DNA of 64,000 nt from positions 1 to 64,000 of the IMG/VR virus record IMGVR_UViG_3300031965_000005, one strand, 5' to 3'. Shown piece after piece: positions 1-8,753 of this stretch (its first letter is position 1; the number at the start of each line of letters is the position of its first letter). Source of the DNA: a virus. Made by a program: the position numbers and the translations under genes. The notes under the pieces are model-generated. The model saw only the letters and a program-made list of their open reading frames with translations, did no database searches and was not told the DNA's origin.

Positions 1-491
1 TTCTCCTTTGTACCACGCCAAAGAAGTGAAATTTCGAGCTTCCAATTTTGACGTTCCAAACTCTAGGTAGAATCCATATGGAACTTCGTTCATTAAGGTT
101 ACAGTTAGGGGATCGGGCTGATTCCACTTCGATTGCGCTTTTCCTTTTTGAATCTCTGCTGGATCGATATGGTAATCCCGTCCTCTCGCTTTAATAGCCA
201 ATGAAGTATCGAAAATTTGCCTAGAATAATCTTGCTGAAATGTATCCAAATAGCCTGTCCATCCCCCACGAAGCTGTCCGGTATCTATGGGCGTGACTCG
301 AATAAGATATTTATGCACCTCGAAGACAAGCCTTTGAAAGATCTTCTCTAGCTCAACACGAAAGTCTTCTCCTAGATTAAGAGTGTCAATAATAGGCTGA
401 GGGTCATCAATATCGATTTTGAGAACAAACCCCCCTGGCTTCAGGATTTCCCTAGCCGTTCGATGTGTAATATTTCCGATCTTCACGCCCA
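1..491 (-). CDS. HK97 gp10-like head-tail/tail-completion protein (partial; C-terminus lies beyond window edge)
   Basis: Not in the ORF track. ATG at 489-491 (minus). My translation MGVKIGNITHRTAREILKPGGFVLKIDIDD...PIDTGQLRGGW...YGFYLEFGTSKLEARNF stays open to position 1. The PxDTGxLR and EFGT motifs resemble the HK97 gp10 family. Confidence 0.5.
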
Positions 492-902
492 TTACGTCTT
501 AACCTTCCTCATAACATATAAGAAGAAATAATCCTTACCCACTACATGCTGTGGCTTCTTCTTTCCTACAACTTGATATTCAGATTCTCGCCATATCATC
601 CTATCACCAATGCCACGCCCTTTGTCTGTGATCTCCTGTAATCTTTCATCAAGCTGCACATTTAGATCACCAATTTGGTAGAGACCTCCAGAGTACAGAA
701 TATCGTCTTGTGTAAGAGATTCAATAATAGCGCGACTCGGAGTCGTTGAGAATGTATATGATGGAGAGATGCCTTTAACCGGATCTCCTGGGCTAGCGCC
801 TGTAATTCTTTTTATTAGTATAGGTTCCCCAATATCCTCACGAACCCTTCTTAACATATTACGGATATGAGCCTTAGATGAATCTCGGCCAGTGGACATC
901 AA
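492..902 (-). CDS. head-tail joining / head-closure-like protein (tentative)
   Basis: 136-aa ORF with ATGA overlap to the upstream ORF, next to the gp10-like gene. Call rests on size and position only. Confidence 0.35.
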   Translation of the reverse strand: MMSTGRDSSKAHIRNMLRRVREDIGEPILIKRITGASPGDPVKGISPSYTFSTTPSRAIIESLTQDDILYSGGLYQIGDLNVQLDERLQEITDKGRGIGDRMIWRESEYQVVGKKKPQHVVGKDYFFLYVMRKVKT

Positions 903-1261
903 ATTTCATCCTCTTTTGACTTTAAAGTATTAGCTTCTCCTGTCCCATCACACATGGGGCATTCGTCTTTCGACTGTTCCATATTGTCTGGGTTAAAATT
1001 AAGCAAAGCACGGCCTGTCTCAGTCTTATTCCAATCCCCATTAATACGAAATCGAAATCCTAAACCTAAAACAATAAGCTCAAATTCATATCCAGGGATT
1101 ATAATATCGTGCATAAGATGAACCAATACTGGATGAAAATCGATCCAATTCCATCTTCCCCAAAGCTGCCTCCACTCGAAAATAGTATGGAATAGCCAAT
1201 TCTCCCCTTCTATTTCTAGAAGATCATATGCCTCAGGATGTTTCCACGTCTTGATTTTCAT
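899..1261 (-). CDS. hypothetical Trp-rich protein with C-terminal CxxCxGxG knuckle
   Basis: 120 aa with 7 Trp. C-terminal ECPMCDGTGEA matches the DnaJ-type zinc-knuckle pattern. Start and stop are tightly coupled to neighbours. Confidence 0.5.
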   Translation of the reverse strand: MKIKTWKHPEAYDLLEIEGENWLFHTIFEWRQLWGRWNWIDFHPVLVHLMHDIIIPGYEFELIVLGLGFRFRINGDWNKTETGRALLNFNPDNMEQSKDECPMCDGTGEANTLKSKEDEI

Positions 1262-1893
1262 TAGAAAAATCTGTTGGTCTTGTTGTAGTATCTTAGGAAA
1301 TTGAGATCTGATAGAAGTTGAGCTTCATTTTGTTTAATGATCATGTCAAAATGACTAGGCACTTGGTCTGTACTCACAGATCGTCCAGCCACTCCTAGCG
1401 CAAAGAAATCTCTCGTTTCTATCATTAAATTCTTCAAAATGTTCGTATATAATCTTTTGCAGATGGCAGCTTGGTAATCAATATGAATATTGTTTGCATC
1501 AATAGGTCTGCCAATAAGTACAGATACCTCCTTAACAGACGTAGCCAAAAGCCTTTCTAATAAAGTGTTATTAAGCGGTTGATAAAAATAATCGATTCGT
1601 ATAATATCAGTAGTAGGTGCAGTCAGAGTAATTTGCCCAGCCGCAAAATCTATAGTATAATCTGCTGTTGTGAATAGCAAAGTTTCTACTCCAGTGGTAG
1701 TGTTTATCTTTCTCACTCTAGGTCTGGGAGTAGCTAACCAATTCTTCCATCGTGCCACATAAGTTTGACTACCTGCTATTTCTGGCTCCAAATCTTCATC
1801 TATAATCTCTACATGCAAGCTAGATAATAAAGCCAAACATTCTGGTGTTAAAGCTGAGACTGTAGCTGGAGATAAGAATGTTATGTCTGACAT
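1261..1893 (-). CDS. hypothetical virion-module protein
   Basis: 210-aa ORF overlapping its neighbours by 1 and 13 nt. No motif recognised. Confidence 0.55.
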   Translation of the reverse strand: MSDITFLSPATVSALTPECLALLSSLHVEIIDEDLEPEIAGSQTYVARWKNWLATPRPRVRKINTTTGVETLLFTTADYTIDFAAGQITLTAPTTDIIRIDYFYQPLNNTLLERLLATSVKEVSVLIGRPIDANNIHIDYQAAICKRLYTNILKNLMIETRDFFALGVAGRSVSTDQVPSHFDMIIKQNEAQLLSDLNFLRYYNKTNRFF

Positions 1894-2288
1894 TTAGTTT
1901 TTTCTCTATCTGCATGACAAGTATTACACAATGTTGTCATCCAATATTTTCCGCGTGTCTTAACAAATTCGGTAGAACCGCACTCTTCACAAATTTTGGC
2001 AGACATACTCTCCGCTAGAGAAATCATCGCGTTCTGGTGTTCGTTTGAAGATTCGACATAAAATCTCAAGGTTCCATATTTTTCTTTCACCTGCGATGCC
2101 ACGACCTGCGGCTGACCATTTTTATCTGTATCCCATTGAAGCTGTGAGCATAGGGCGTTGATTAACCAGTACCACCCATCTCCGCAATCAAATCCCCAAC
2201 ACATGGCTGTCTCATGAAGATCTCCATAGCGATTGACAAATATCTTTGGGAAGTCTTTTACTAGTTTTTTGTCCAATTTAGGTTTCAT
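1881..2288 (-). CDS. conserved phage protein (CWGFxCGDGW ... KEKYGTLRFY motif) with C-terminal zinc ribbon
   Basis: 135 aa. The motifs MCWGFDCGDGWYWL and VKEKYGTLRFYVE recur in many phage hypothetical proteins. C-terminal CEECG...CNTC. Confidence 0.55.
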   Translation of the reverse strand: MKPKLDKKLVKDFPKIFVNRYGDLHETAMCWGFDCGDGWYWLINALCSQLQWDTDKNGQPQVVASQVKEKYGTLRFYVESSNEHQNAMISLAESMSAKICEECGSTEFVKTRGKYWMTTLCNTCHADREKTKCQT

Positions 2289-2290
2289 TT

Positions 2291-2869
2291 TTAATCTCCC
2301 ATTACATCATGAGTACAATCACTATTGACGACTAAATCATGTGTCTCATCTATAAATCCTACACGGTGAAATCTAATCTTGTAGCTTCCAGAGTTCAAGA
2401 ATACTGTATAGGCTCCATTTGTATCAGTTACATCATGAGCTATAGCATTTACTAAATCGCTACTAGTAAACACATACACATCTACGCCAGAAATGGGCTG
2501 TAGCGTACCGGAATCTTTAACTGTTCCATCAACTTGACAACTTCCCTGCCCTTGCTCTACAATATCAGGCGGTTGTTCAACTTTAAATGTCTCAGAGGAT
2601 TCTATATCAATTCCATCGATAGTCAATGTGTATTCAATTAAATAATCACCAAAGAAGGGGCTTGCTGAAATATTAAAATCAAATCGCCACAGGTTATCAT
2701 CAAGCTGAGTCATACTTGTTGAGGCAACGTCTTCTATTAAACTGGAGTCAAAGTGTAATACTCTAATTTGAGGTGTAGAATAATCCCCTGGGAAAATTGG
2801 GACATTTCCCACATGTCTTAATACTTGCAGATAGCTAGTTTTTGTCTCACCCGCTTGGTAAATTGACAT
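2291..2869 (-). CDS. virion surface protein with carboxypeptidase-regulatory-like beta-sandwich
   Basis: 192 aa. The C-terminal VDVYVF...VTDTNGAYTVFLNSGSYKIRFHRVGF resembles the CarboxypepD_reg-like fold. Confidence 0.45.
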   Translation of the reverse strand: MSIYQAGETKTSYLQVLRHVGNVPIFPGDYSTPQIRVLHFDSSLIEDVASTSMTQLDDNLWRFDFNISASPFFGDYLIEYTLTIDGIDIESSETFKVEQPPDIVEQGQGSCQVDGTVKDSGTLQPISGVDVYVFTSSDLVNAIAHDVTDTNGAYTVFLNSGSYKIRFHRVGFIDETHDLVVNSDCTHDVMGD

Positions 2870-2879
2870 TTTTACCTCA

Positions 2880-4346
2880 TCAAGACATCAATGCAAGCAT
2901 TTTGTCACTCGTATTAATGATAGTATTCCCATTGCCACTATTATATAAATCAGTCTTTTCTTGAGAACTTAAAACCTTCTTCCAAAAAAATACCTCATCT
3001 AATCTACCACGTGTATTATTTGCTATTACTGTATCGCCGGACGCCATTACACAGCCTATGGTTAGTCGTTGATTGGTAGCTACTCCCACCCCTGTCGTAG
3101 CCACACTATCTACTGTTCCATTGTTAACTTGAATGTTTACAGTATTTGCTGCTGCATCATGCCACCCCACTATAAAATACCAAGTATTTGCCGACAAAGT
3201 CACAGAACTGATTGCACTACCTCTGCCTCCTGACCCACCATCGCCTATCTGAAAAAATGGTTTATTGTCATTCCCAATTCGTAATCTATACTCAATTTTG
3301 GCAGTATCAGATTTGGCTATAATTGTATGATCATTATTTATAGTATCTATAAATATCCATCCCGCCACTGTATAATCAATATCACCAGTTTGTATATCTG
3401 AATCTGATGGTATTGATAAAAATATCCTATCAGTCGAAGCAGACCCCGTGAATCTTGGAGCAGTATGAACCCTACCAGTTTCTAATAAAATTGTTCCTTC
3501 ACCTGACCCAATCTCCCCTAAACTATGTCCGCCATCAATTCCCGCTGCAAAATCTACAGTATTATTATCCGTTAAATGGTTACTGCCGTGGGAATCATAT
3601 CGCTTTCTAAAAGTCTCGTTTAGATTCCAGTATGACTCTAAGCTATTAAACAATGTTCCGTAAAGTTCTTTATAATGAAGCCCTTTTCCGTTATTGTATA
3701 GTTGTGATATTTCAGTTGCCGTTAATACTCGTTTCCATACTCCAACTAATTGTATTCTAGCATCTGCATCACCACTAAACGGGGTATGCGCGGGTAAACT
3801 CCCAATAGAAAAGGCAGCAGTACCATTAAAAATATCTGCTGAAAAAGCGGTGGTATCAAATGCTCCATTATTAACAGAAATTTTTATGTTTGTTCCATCA
3901 TATTGACAAGTTATAAAATACCATGTATTAATTGATGGTGCTCCAAATGTATTCGCTCTTACAAATGCTATCGCACTACCGTCATTGGAAACGTCAAATC
4001 TGAATCTTTGTGTTGCTCCCGCGTTAAAGAATAGTCGATATTCAACATTATTTGTGTTAGAGTTATACTTGCCGAATATTGTATGATCTTGCGTTGTATT
4101 ATTTAGATAAACGGCAGCGGTAAATGTACATCGTACTCCACTTCCCATAGAGAGAGAAGCATTGTCTGCAATACTAAGATACTCATTATTCGCTGATACA
4201 AACAAAGCGGCGGGGCCTTTCCCAGGATTTAATGTCTCTTTCCAAAAACCACCTTTGGTTGCGTATGGGGTTTCATCCAATTTCCAATGGGCTATGAGAT
4301 TCGTCAATAAAGTTCCATTGGTATCTTTTTGAAATTTCAACCCCAT
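2880..4346 (-). CDS. double LamG/concanavalin-A-like lectin domain protein (putative receptor- or glycan-binding)
   Basis: Two internal repeats, each opening with a LamG_3-like signature (LIAHWKLDE..., LESYWNLNE...) and ending in WxxVLSxxEIxxLYNxG. Start moved to MGLKFQ (ATG 4344-4346), giving a TAATG junction with the upstream ORF. Confidence 0.6.
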   Translation of the reverse strand: MGLKFQKDTNGTLLTNLIAHWKLDETPYATKGGFWKETLNPGKGPAALFVSANNEYLSIADNASLSMGSGVRCTFTAAVYLNNTTQDHTIFGKYNSNTNNVEYRLFFNAGATQRFRFDVSNDGSAIAFVRANTFGAPSINTWYFITCQYDGTNIKISVNNGAFDTTAFSADIFNGTAAFSIGSLPAHTPFSGDADARIQLVGVWKRVLTATEISQLYNNGKGLHYKELYGTLFNSLESYWNLNETFRKRYDSHGSNHLTDNNTVDFAAGIDGGHSLGEIGSGEGTILLETGRVHTAPRFTGSASTDRIFLSIPSDSDIQTGDIDYTVAGWIFIDTINNDHTIIAKSDTAKIEYRLRIGNDNKPFFQIGDGGSGGRGSAISSVTLSANTWYFIVGWHDAAANTVNIQVNNGTVDSVATTGVGVATNQRLTIGCVMASGDTVIANNTRGRLDEVFFWKKVLSSQEKTDLYNSGNGNTIINTSDKMLALMS

Positions 4347-4747
4347 TAGCCTGTCCAATCATGGTTTCTATATATCTCAGGCCCCACATTAACACAACGA
4401 GAATATGTTATACCATTCTCAATTACTTGACCACATACTGTATATCCCGCACCATTAGTTCCTAGATATGTATTTACAGAAAGTGCAACTGGAATACTAC
4501 TATCTAGCATGATTCCCACATCTTGCCAACTCTCGGCTTGATCTTGAGGCTTCTTTGTCAAGTCAATAGCTACAGAATTACCGTCTGCTGGAATAGAATT
4601 TGTAACTCGAATACCTTGCCAATATCTTCCTCTAGCAAAACCATCTACCAACTCATTATAATAATCAGATTGAATAGTCTCTAATTGAGTTACTAAATCA
4701 TCAAATACTGCATCAACCGTTGCTTTTAAACTAGCGGACAATGCCAT
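4346..4747 (-). CDS. hypothetical virion-module protein
   Basis: Start trimmed to MALSASLK (ATG 4745-4747), just after the upstream stop at 4750. 133 aa. Confidence 0.5.
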   Translation of the reverse strand: MALSASLKATVDAVFDDLVTQLETIQSDYYNELVDGFARGRYWQGIRVTNSIPADGNSVAIDLTKKPQDQAESWQDVGIMLDSSIPVALSVNTYLGTNGAGYTVCGQVIENGITYSRCVNVGPEIYRNHDWTG

Positions 4748-4749
4748 AA

Positions 4750-5538
4750 TTAATAGCCTTTGACATATGCTAAAACTTCCCAACGAGTATCAGCTAAAAT
4801 ATACTTGGCCAAAATAAAATCAGCCTTATCTTGAACAGTAGCGGTAATTTGTGTAATATCACTACCAAATTTGAATCCACCGGATCCCGTATCTAATGTT
4901 AAAGTACGGTTGGCACCAGAGGCTTTTATTCGCCAACTCGCTACCTGACCATCCTTGGGGTTTGTGGGGGCACTTAATGTCCTATCTCCTGCTACAGTAA
5001 CTCTAAAATCATTTCCTAAAGAAGCATCTGTGGCTATATTCGCCCCATCAGTCAAAGCCGTTACAGTTGGTGCTAGTGCTTTTAATACTGTAATCGCGCC
5101 CGTAGTACCATCTTGACTAATTTGAGCGTCGCCGATTGTATCGGCATCAGTAAACCTTGCAATTCTGTTAGCCGTTCCAGAACCGTCTATACCGGCACCA
5201 CCAGAACCAGGCATAGCTACCCAAGTTCTCTTATCTGTAATCGTGGTGATAGCCCCACTGGCAGTAACTACAGTGGCTACTGCAAGTTTACCTGCCGTAA
5301 ATCCCGTTGTATTAGAGGTTGCCACGCCCACCGAATCAATCTCTACAAAATTCGTTGTGTCATCGGTCAATAGTATAGACTGTTCGGATTTATCGGTGAT
5401 GGTGTTGTCATTTCTAATCCGCCCAGCGCGAATAGTCAGATTGAGACCAGTACCCGCCTCTGGAGAAAAGTCGAAAAGGTCTTCTATACGAAGGTCTTCG
5501 TCTTTAATTTGGGTACTTCTCAATTCAGTTCTAGCCAT
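4750..5538 (-). CDS. fibre-like protein, paralog of 5932..6840
   Basis: Shares the N-terminus MARTELRSTQIKDEDL and a central block (RIRNDNT...TNFVEIDSVGVATSNTTGFTAGKLAVATVVTASGAITTITDKRTW) with the 302-aa fibre-like protein. Gly/Thr/Ala-rich. Confidence 0.55.
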   Translation of the reverse strand: MARTELRSTQIKDEDLRIEDLFDFSPEAGTGLNLTIRAGRIRNDNTITDKSEQSILLTDDTTNFVEIDSVGVATSNTTGFTAGKLAVATVVTASGAITTITDKRTWVAMPGSGGAGIDGSGTANRIARFTDADTIGDAQISQDGTTGAITVLKALAPTVTALTDGANIATDASLGNDFRVTVAGDRTLSAPTNPKDGQVASWRIKASGANRTLTLDTGSGGFKFGSDITQITATVQDKADFILAKYILADTRWEVLAYVKGY

Positions 5539-5851
5539 TAATAAGATCCTTGTGACCTCTAAATAGTTCTATCTTATTCCTAGACCAAGTAACCATATGC
5601 TGCAGGGCTGACAAAGCCCCTCTGATTCTCAATAAATTTTCTATGTCGGAAGATTGCTCAGACTGTAGAATTTCTATCTTTTCTTTTCGATCCTTTATTG
5701 ACCGAATTAATTTGCTTTCGTCTTGCTTAAATGTTTCAAATGTCTTAGTAGTTTCATCTAAAATCTGTTGAGAAATAGGAGTAATCTCTACCCTTGGGGG
5801 TAAAGCATCCACCTGTAAAGTTGAATCTTCTACCAATTTTTTCTTCGTCAT
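5531..5851 (-). CDS. coiled-coil protein (possible fibre assembly factor)
   Basis: 106 aa with heptad-like charged sequence, lying between the two fibre paralogs. Confidence 0.5.
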   Translation of the reverse strand: MTKKKLVEDSTLQVDALPPRVEITPISQQILDETTKTFETFKQDESKLIRSIKDRKEKIEILQSEQSSDIENLLRIRGALSALQHMVTWSRNKIELFRGHKDLING

Positions 5852-5870
5852 TTTTCACCTCTGGGCTTAA

Positions 5871-5899
5871 GGGGATGGGGAGAATTTGTCCCCATCCCC
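5871..5899 (-). terminator. 11-bp G+C-rich hairpin downstream of the fibre gene (terminator or RNA-stability element)
   Basis: GGGGATGGGGA-7 nt-TCCCCATCCCC in the 80-nt gap after the stop at 5932. No clear U-tract follows. Confidence 0.4.
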
Positions 5900-5931
5900 A
5901 TAGCTCATAGTTATCAATATTCAATCACAAA

Positions 5932-6840
5932 TTATTTCCTATAATCTGCTAAGATTACGTCAGTGCTAACTGGAGCATTTGCAAACGTAATGGTACTGCC
6001 TGACAGTGTAAAGTCATTGCCAGCACCTTCTCGTAGCCTCTGACCATTGAGGTACAAGTGCAAACTCGTTGAAGGACTTGGAGCATTAGCAAGCGTATAT
6101 GTAGTGTCTACGCCATCAAGATCACCTGTCGGTGTTTCATTATCTACGAAGTTTGAGTTAGTCAAACCTGTAGCATCGGCATCAATCAATAACCAAGCTC
6201 GCTTATCATTGATTGATGTGATAGCACCAGTGGCCGTAACAACAGTAGCCAGTGGTATACGACCTGTCGTAAAACCGACAGCATTTGCTGTTACAGAGCC
6301 CGCCGAATCGACTTCGATAAAGTTAGTTGCATCATCGGCAACAGCAAGCTCATCTGTTGCTGACACAGAGACCACCGTATTGTCATCTCGAATAGTACCT
6401 GCCGCAACGTCAACTGCCAAAGCACCTGTGCCTGCCGTCACTCGTAGATCAGAGAGATTATCTACGTCAACAGAACCCAATGCTAATTCATTGTTCGTAA
6501 TACCTGCTGCTTTGACCCTAACTGTATCAGCATTGATCTCAATAGTAGATCCATCGACGTTGACCGACAAGACCCCTGCCGCTGCGCCTAACCCATTACC
6601 TGCTACTGCTGAAATCAAGTCCGCAACGGTCTCTCGTTTTGAAGAACTGTCCGTTGCATCTAGGATAGTAACCGAATCTGCTGCCACATCTATAGTAACA
6701 TCAGTTAGCTCACTAAAAGCTAAAGCTAGCGGTGATCCAGCACCTCCAGAAATACCAACACCAGCTACTGAAGCATTAAGATCATCTTCAGTAATTGTTT
6801 CATCTAAAATCTGTGCACCACGAAGCTGTGTTAATGCCAT
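5932..6840 (-). CDS. fibre-like protein with C-terminal shared ~65-aa module
   Basis: 302 aa. N-terminal and central blocks are paralogous to 4750..5538. The C-terminal ETPTGDLDGVDTTYTLANAP...LYLNGQRLREGAGNDFTLSGSTITFANAP module recurs in 7194..7451 and 23370..23999. Confidence 0.6.
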   Translation of the reverse strand: MALTQLRGAQILDETITEDDLNASVAGVGISGGAGSPLALAFSELTDVTIDVAADSVTILDATDSSSKRETVADLISAVAGNGLGAAAGVLSVNVDGSTIEINADTVRVKAAGITNNELALGSVDVDNLSDLRVTAGTGALAVDVAAGTIRDDNTVVSVSATDELAVADDATNFIEVDSAGSVTANAVGFTTGRIPLATVVTATGAITSINDKRAWLLIDADATGLTNSNFVDNETPTGDLDGVDTTYTLANAPSPSTSLHLYLNGQRLREGAGNDFTLSGSTITFANAPVSTDVILADYRK

Positions 6841-6891
6841 ACTATTGTTATACCTCCTCTAATAGCAACCTAGGTTATATATTCAGGAGCA

Positions 6892-7197
6892 TTACTCAAT
6901 ACTTAACAAAACATTTGCATTTACATACCCTGCTCCATGACATTTGGTGCAGTCAGTATATCCATGTCTCAAATTAGCTCTACATAAACAAACTTCTAGG
7001 ATTCCTTCTGATTTTAATTCCGCAAAACATTTATTAAGACCATTGTAAAAACTATCCATTACTACCTTCTTGAAATATTTATAGCCCGCTGAATCTGCGC
7101 CTAGCTTGTATTCTCCCAAATCTAGAACAGACTTCATAATATCTAAGTGGGTTAAAAAAATCTTCTCTGCAATGTTTTTCATAATAGGTCTCATCAA
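6892..7197 (-). CDS. small Cys-rich protein with DnaJ-type CxxCxGxG motif (possible fibre chaperone)
   Basis: 101 aa. Contains CLCRANLRHGYTDCTKCHGAGY. ATGA overlap with the upstream ORF. Confidence 0.5.
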   Translation of the reverse strand: MMRPIMKNIAEKIFLTHLDIMKSVLDLGEYKLGADSAGYKYFKKVVMDSFYNGLNKCFAELKSEGILEVCLCRANLRHGYTDCTKCHGAGYVNANVLLSIE

Positions 7198-7451
7198 GCC
7201 AGTTGATATAAAACGGTCAATTTGTCCGTATAACTACCCTCTACACCTGGAGCTACCGTCATGCTAAAGGTTGTACTGTCCACTTCCACGTAATCTTCTC
7301 CAACTCCTGGGGTAAGTAGCATACCATTTAGAAACACCATTAGTGTGTTGGGAATATAAGATCGAGATGTTGTGAAAGTAGTGTTTACTCCATCTACTAC
7401 TCCTAATGGTATCTCACGCTTCAATATCAATCCACCTTGTGCAATCGCCAT
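7194..7451 (-). CDS. stand-alone copy of the shared ~65-aa fibre module
   Basis: 85 aa. EIPLGVVDGVNTTFTTS...VFLNGMLLTPGVGEDYVEVDSTTFSMTVAP aligns with the C-termini of 5932..6840 and 23370..23999. Confidence 0.5.
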   Translation of the reverse strand: MAIAQGGLILKREIPLGVVDGVNTTFTTSRSYIPNTLMVFLNGMLLTPGVGEDYVEVDSTTFSMTVAPGVEGSYTDKLTVLYQLA

Positions 7452-7479
7452 ATTTCAATGCCCTCTTGGTGACAATTAA

Positions 7480-8361
7480 TTAAACGCCAATCACCTTATA
7501 TCTGTTCAAGATACTTTTTGCTCTTTCATCCAAAAGCTTGATGATGCCCTCGTATGGCATCTCCCCAAAATTTCGATTTACGCTTTCAATAGATATTGAT
7601 TTAGACCCTGCTCCAACGGTTATAGCCTTATCTGTCAACACATATCTAGCAGCCCACATTGCTGTAGCATCTGTTATTTCTGCTGGTAGATTACCAAGAG
7701 TGGATCCAGTCAGAGGGTCAGCCTGAGTGGGATCTGAATACCCGTAAACATAACTAACTTGAAGATTCTGATATCCTCTCAAGAAAGTGTAATTCCAAAA
7801 AGGTACCGCTTGATTTTCAAGGAACAAAATCCTTGGAGGAATTGTTAACCTTCCCATTGAAGCGTCTATAAATAGATCGCTACGACCATACTGCTCTTGA
7901 GTGTCTGAGAATGAAGCTGTTTGGTCTGCCGAATCTGGGTCTTCACTCTGGAATCCCAGACCAGTTGAAAATACATAAGGGGGGGCAACTGTTTCGTCTT
8001 TTGGCTCAACCCCTCCCCTACGAGCTACTTGAATGCCTAGTTGATTCTTCGTAGAAACGTAGAACCACCTCTTAAATTGAACCCATTGTACTGAAGGGAT
8101 AATATATAAAACCGCGTTCACTATTTCTCTTACAGGTCTATGCAACAAAATCTGCTGTGATGTCCCGCTGCCATCATAAAATTCTTCTGTTACCGTCAAA
8201 TCAAAGTTACTTCCACAATAACTGTCTGCGTCCCTCTGAGCCCAAGGAATATAACGTTGATCTATGGCATCTTCTAGGGACGTTGGAAGATCAGAGACAT
8301 CTAATCCCAACAAATGTTTTTTTACATCATCTTTTGTGCAATATTTAAATGATAAGGCCAT
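7480..8361 (-). CDS. head-tail connector/adaptor-like protein (gp6-like N-terminus)
   Basis: 293 aa. The N-terminal KYCTKDDVKKHLLGLDVSDL...AIDQRYIPWAQRDADSYCGSNF resembles the Phage_connect_1 (gp6-like) pattern. Confidence 0.45.
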   Translation of the reverse strand: MALSFKYCTKDDVKKHLLGLDVSDLPTSLEDAIDQRYIPWAQRDADSYCGSNFDLTVTEEFYDGSGTSQQILLHRPVREIVNAVLYIIPSVQWVQFKRWFYVSTKNQLGIQVARRGGVEPKDETVAPPYVFSTGLGFQSEDPDSADQTASFSDTQEQYGRSDLFIDASMGRLTIPPRILFLENQAVPFWNYTFLRGYQNLQVSYVYGYSDPTQADPLTGSTLGNLPAEITDATAMWAARYVLTDKAITVGAGSKSISIESVNRNFGEMPYEGIIKLLDERAKSILNRYKVIGV

Positions 8362-8362
8362 T

Positions 8363-8752
8363 TTACCTCTTGAGTATCAACCAAATCGGGACTTTTCGAC
8401 CTAACGAATCTGCTGCTTTCAAATGTAGTCTGTACAATATTCCAGCAGGTACTTCAGAGCCTACCTCTGGCGAACTTTCATTTAAAAACACTTCGACTTC
8501 GACCGTATCGGTAGACTCCGGTAAATAACATTGCTCTCCAAACTTCGCTAGTTCTCCTATATTTGGGTCGGGATGAACTAATGATAACTCAGCGTAATCA
8601 TCTTTTTTACAACCTTGAGCAAATATTTTAATACCAACAATTTTTGTACCAAAGGCAAACGATATATCAACCGTTACTTCATCATTATCTGATGGAATTT
8701 CAATTAAAGTACCTTTTACATAAAGCCTGTTAGAAAACCCCACAAGTGTCAT
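8363..8752 (-). CDS. hypothetical virion-module protein
   Basis: 129-aa ORF with 1-nt gaps to its neighbours. Confidence 0.55.
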   Translation of the reverse strand: MTLVGFSNRLYVKGTLIEIPSDNDEVTVDISFAFGTKIVGIKIFAQGCKKDDYAELSLVHPDPNIGELAKFGEQCYLPESTDTVEVEVFLNESSPEVGSEVPAGILYRLHLKAADSLGRKVPIWLILKR

Positions 8753-8753
8753 T

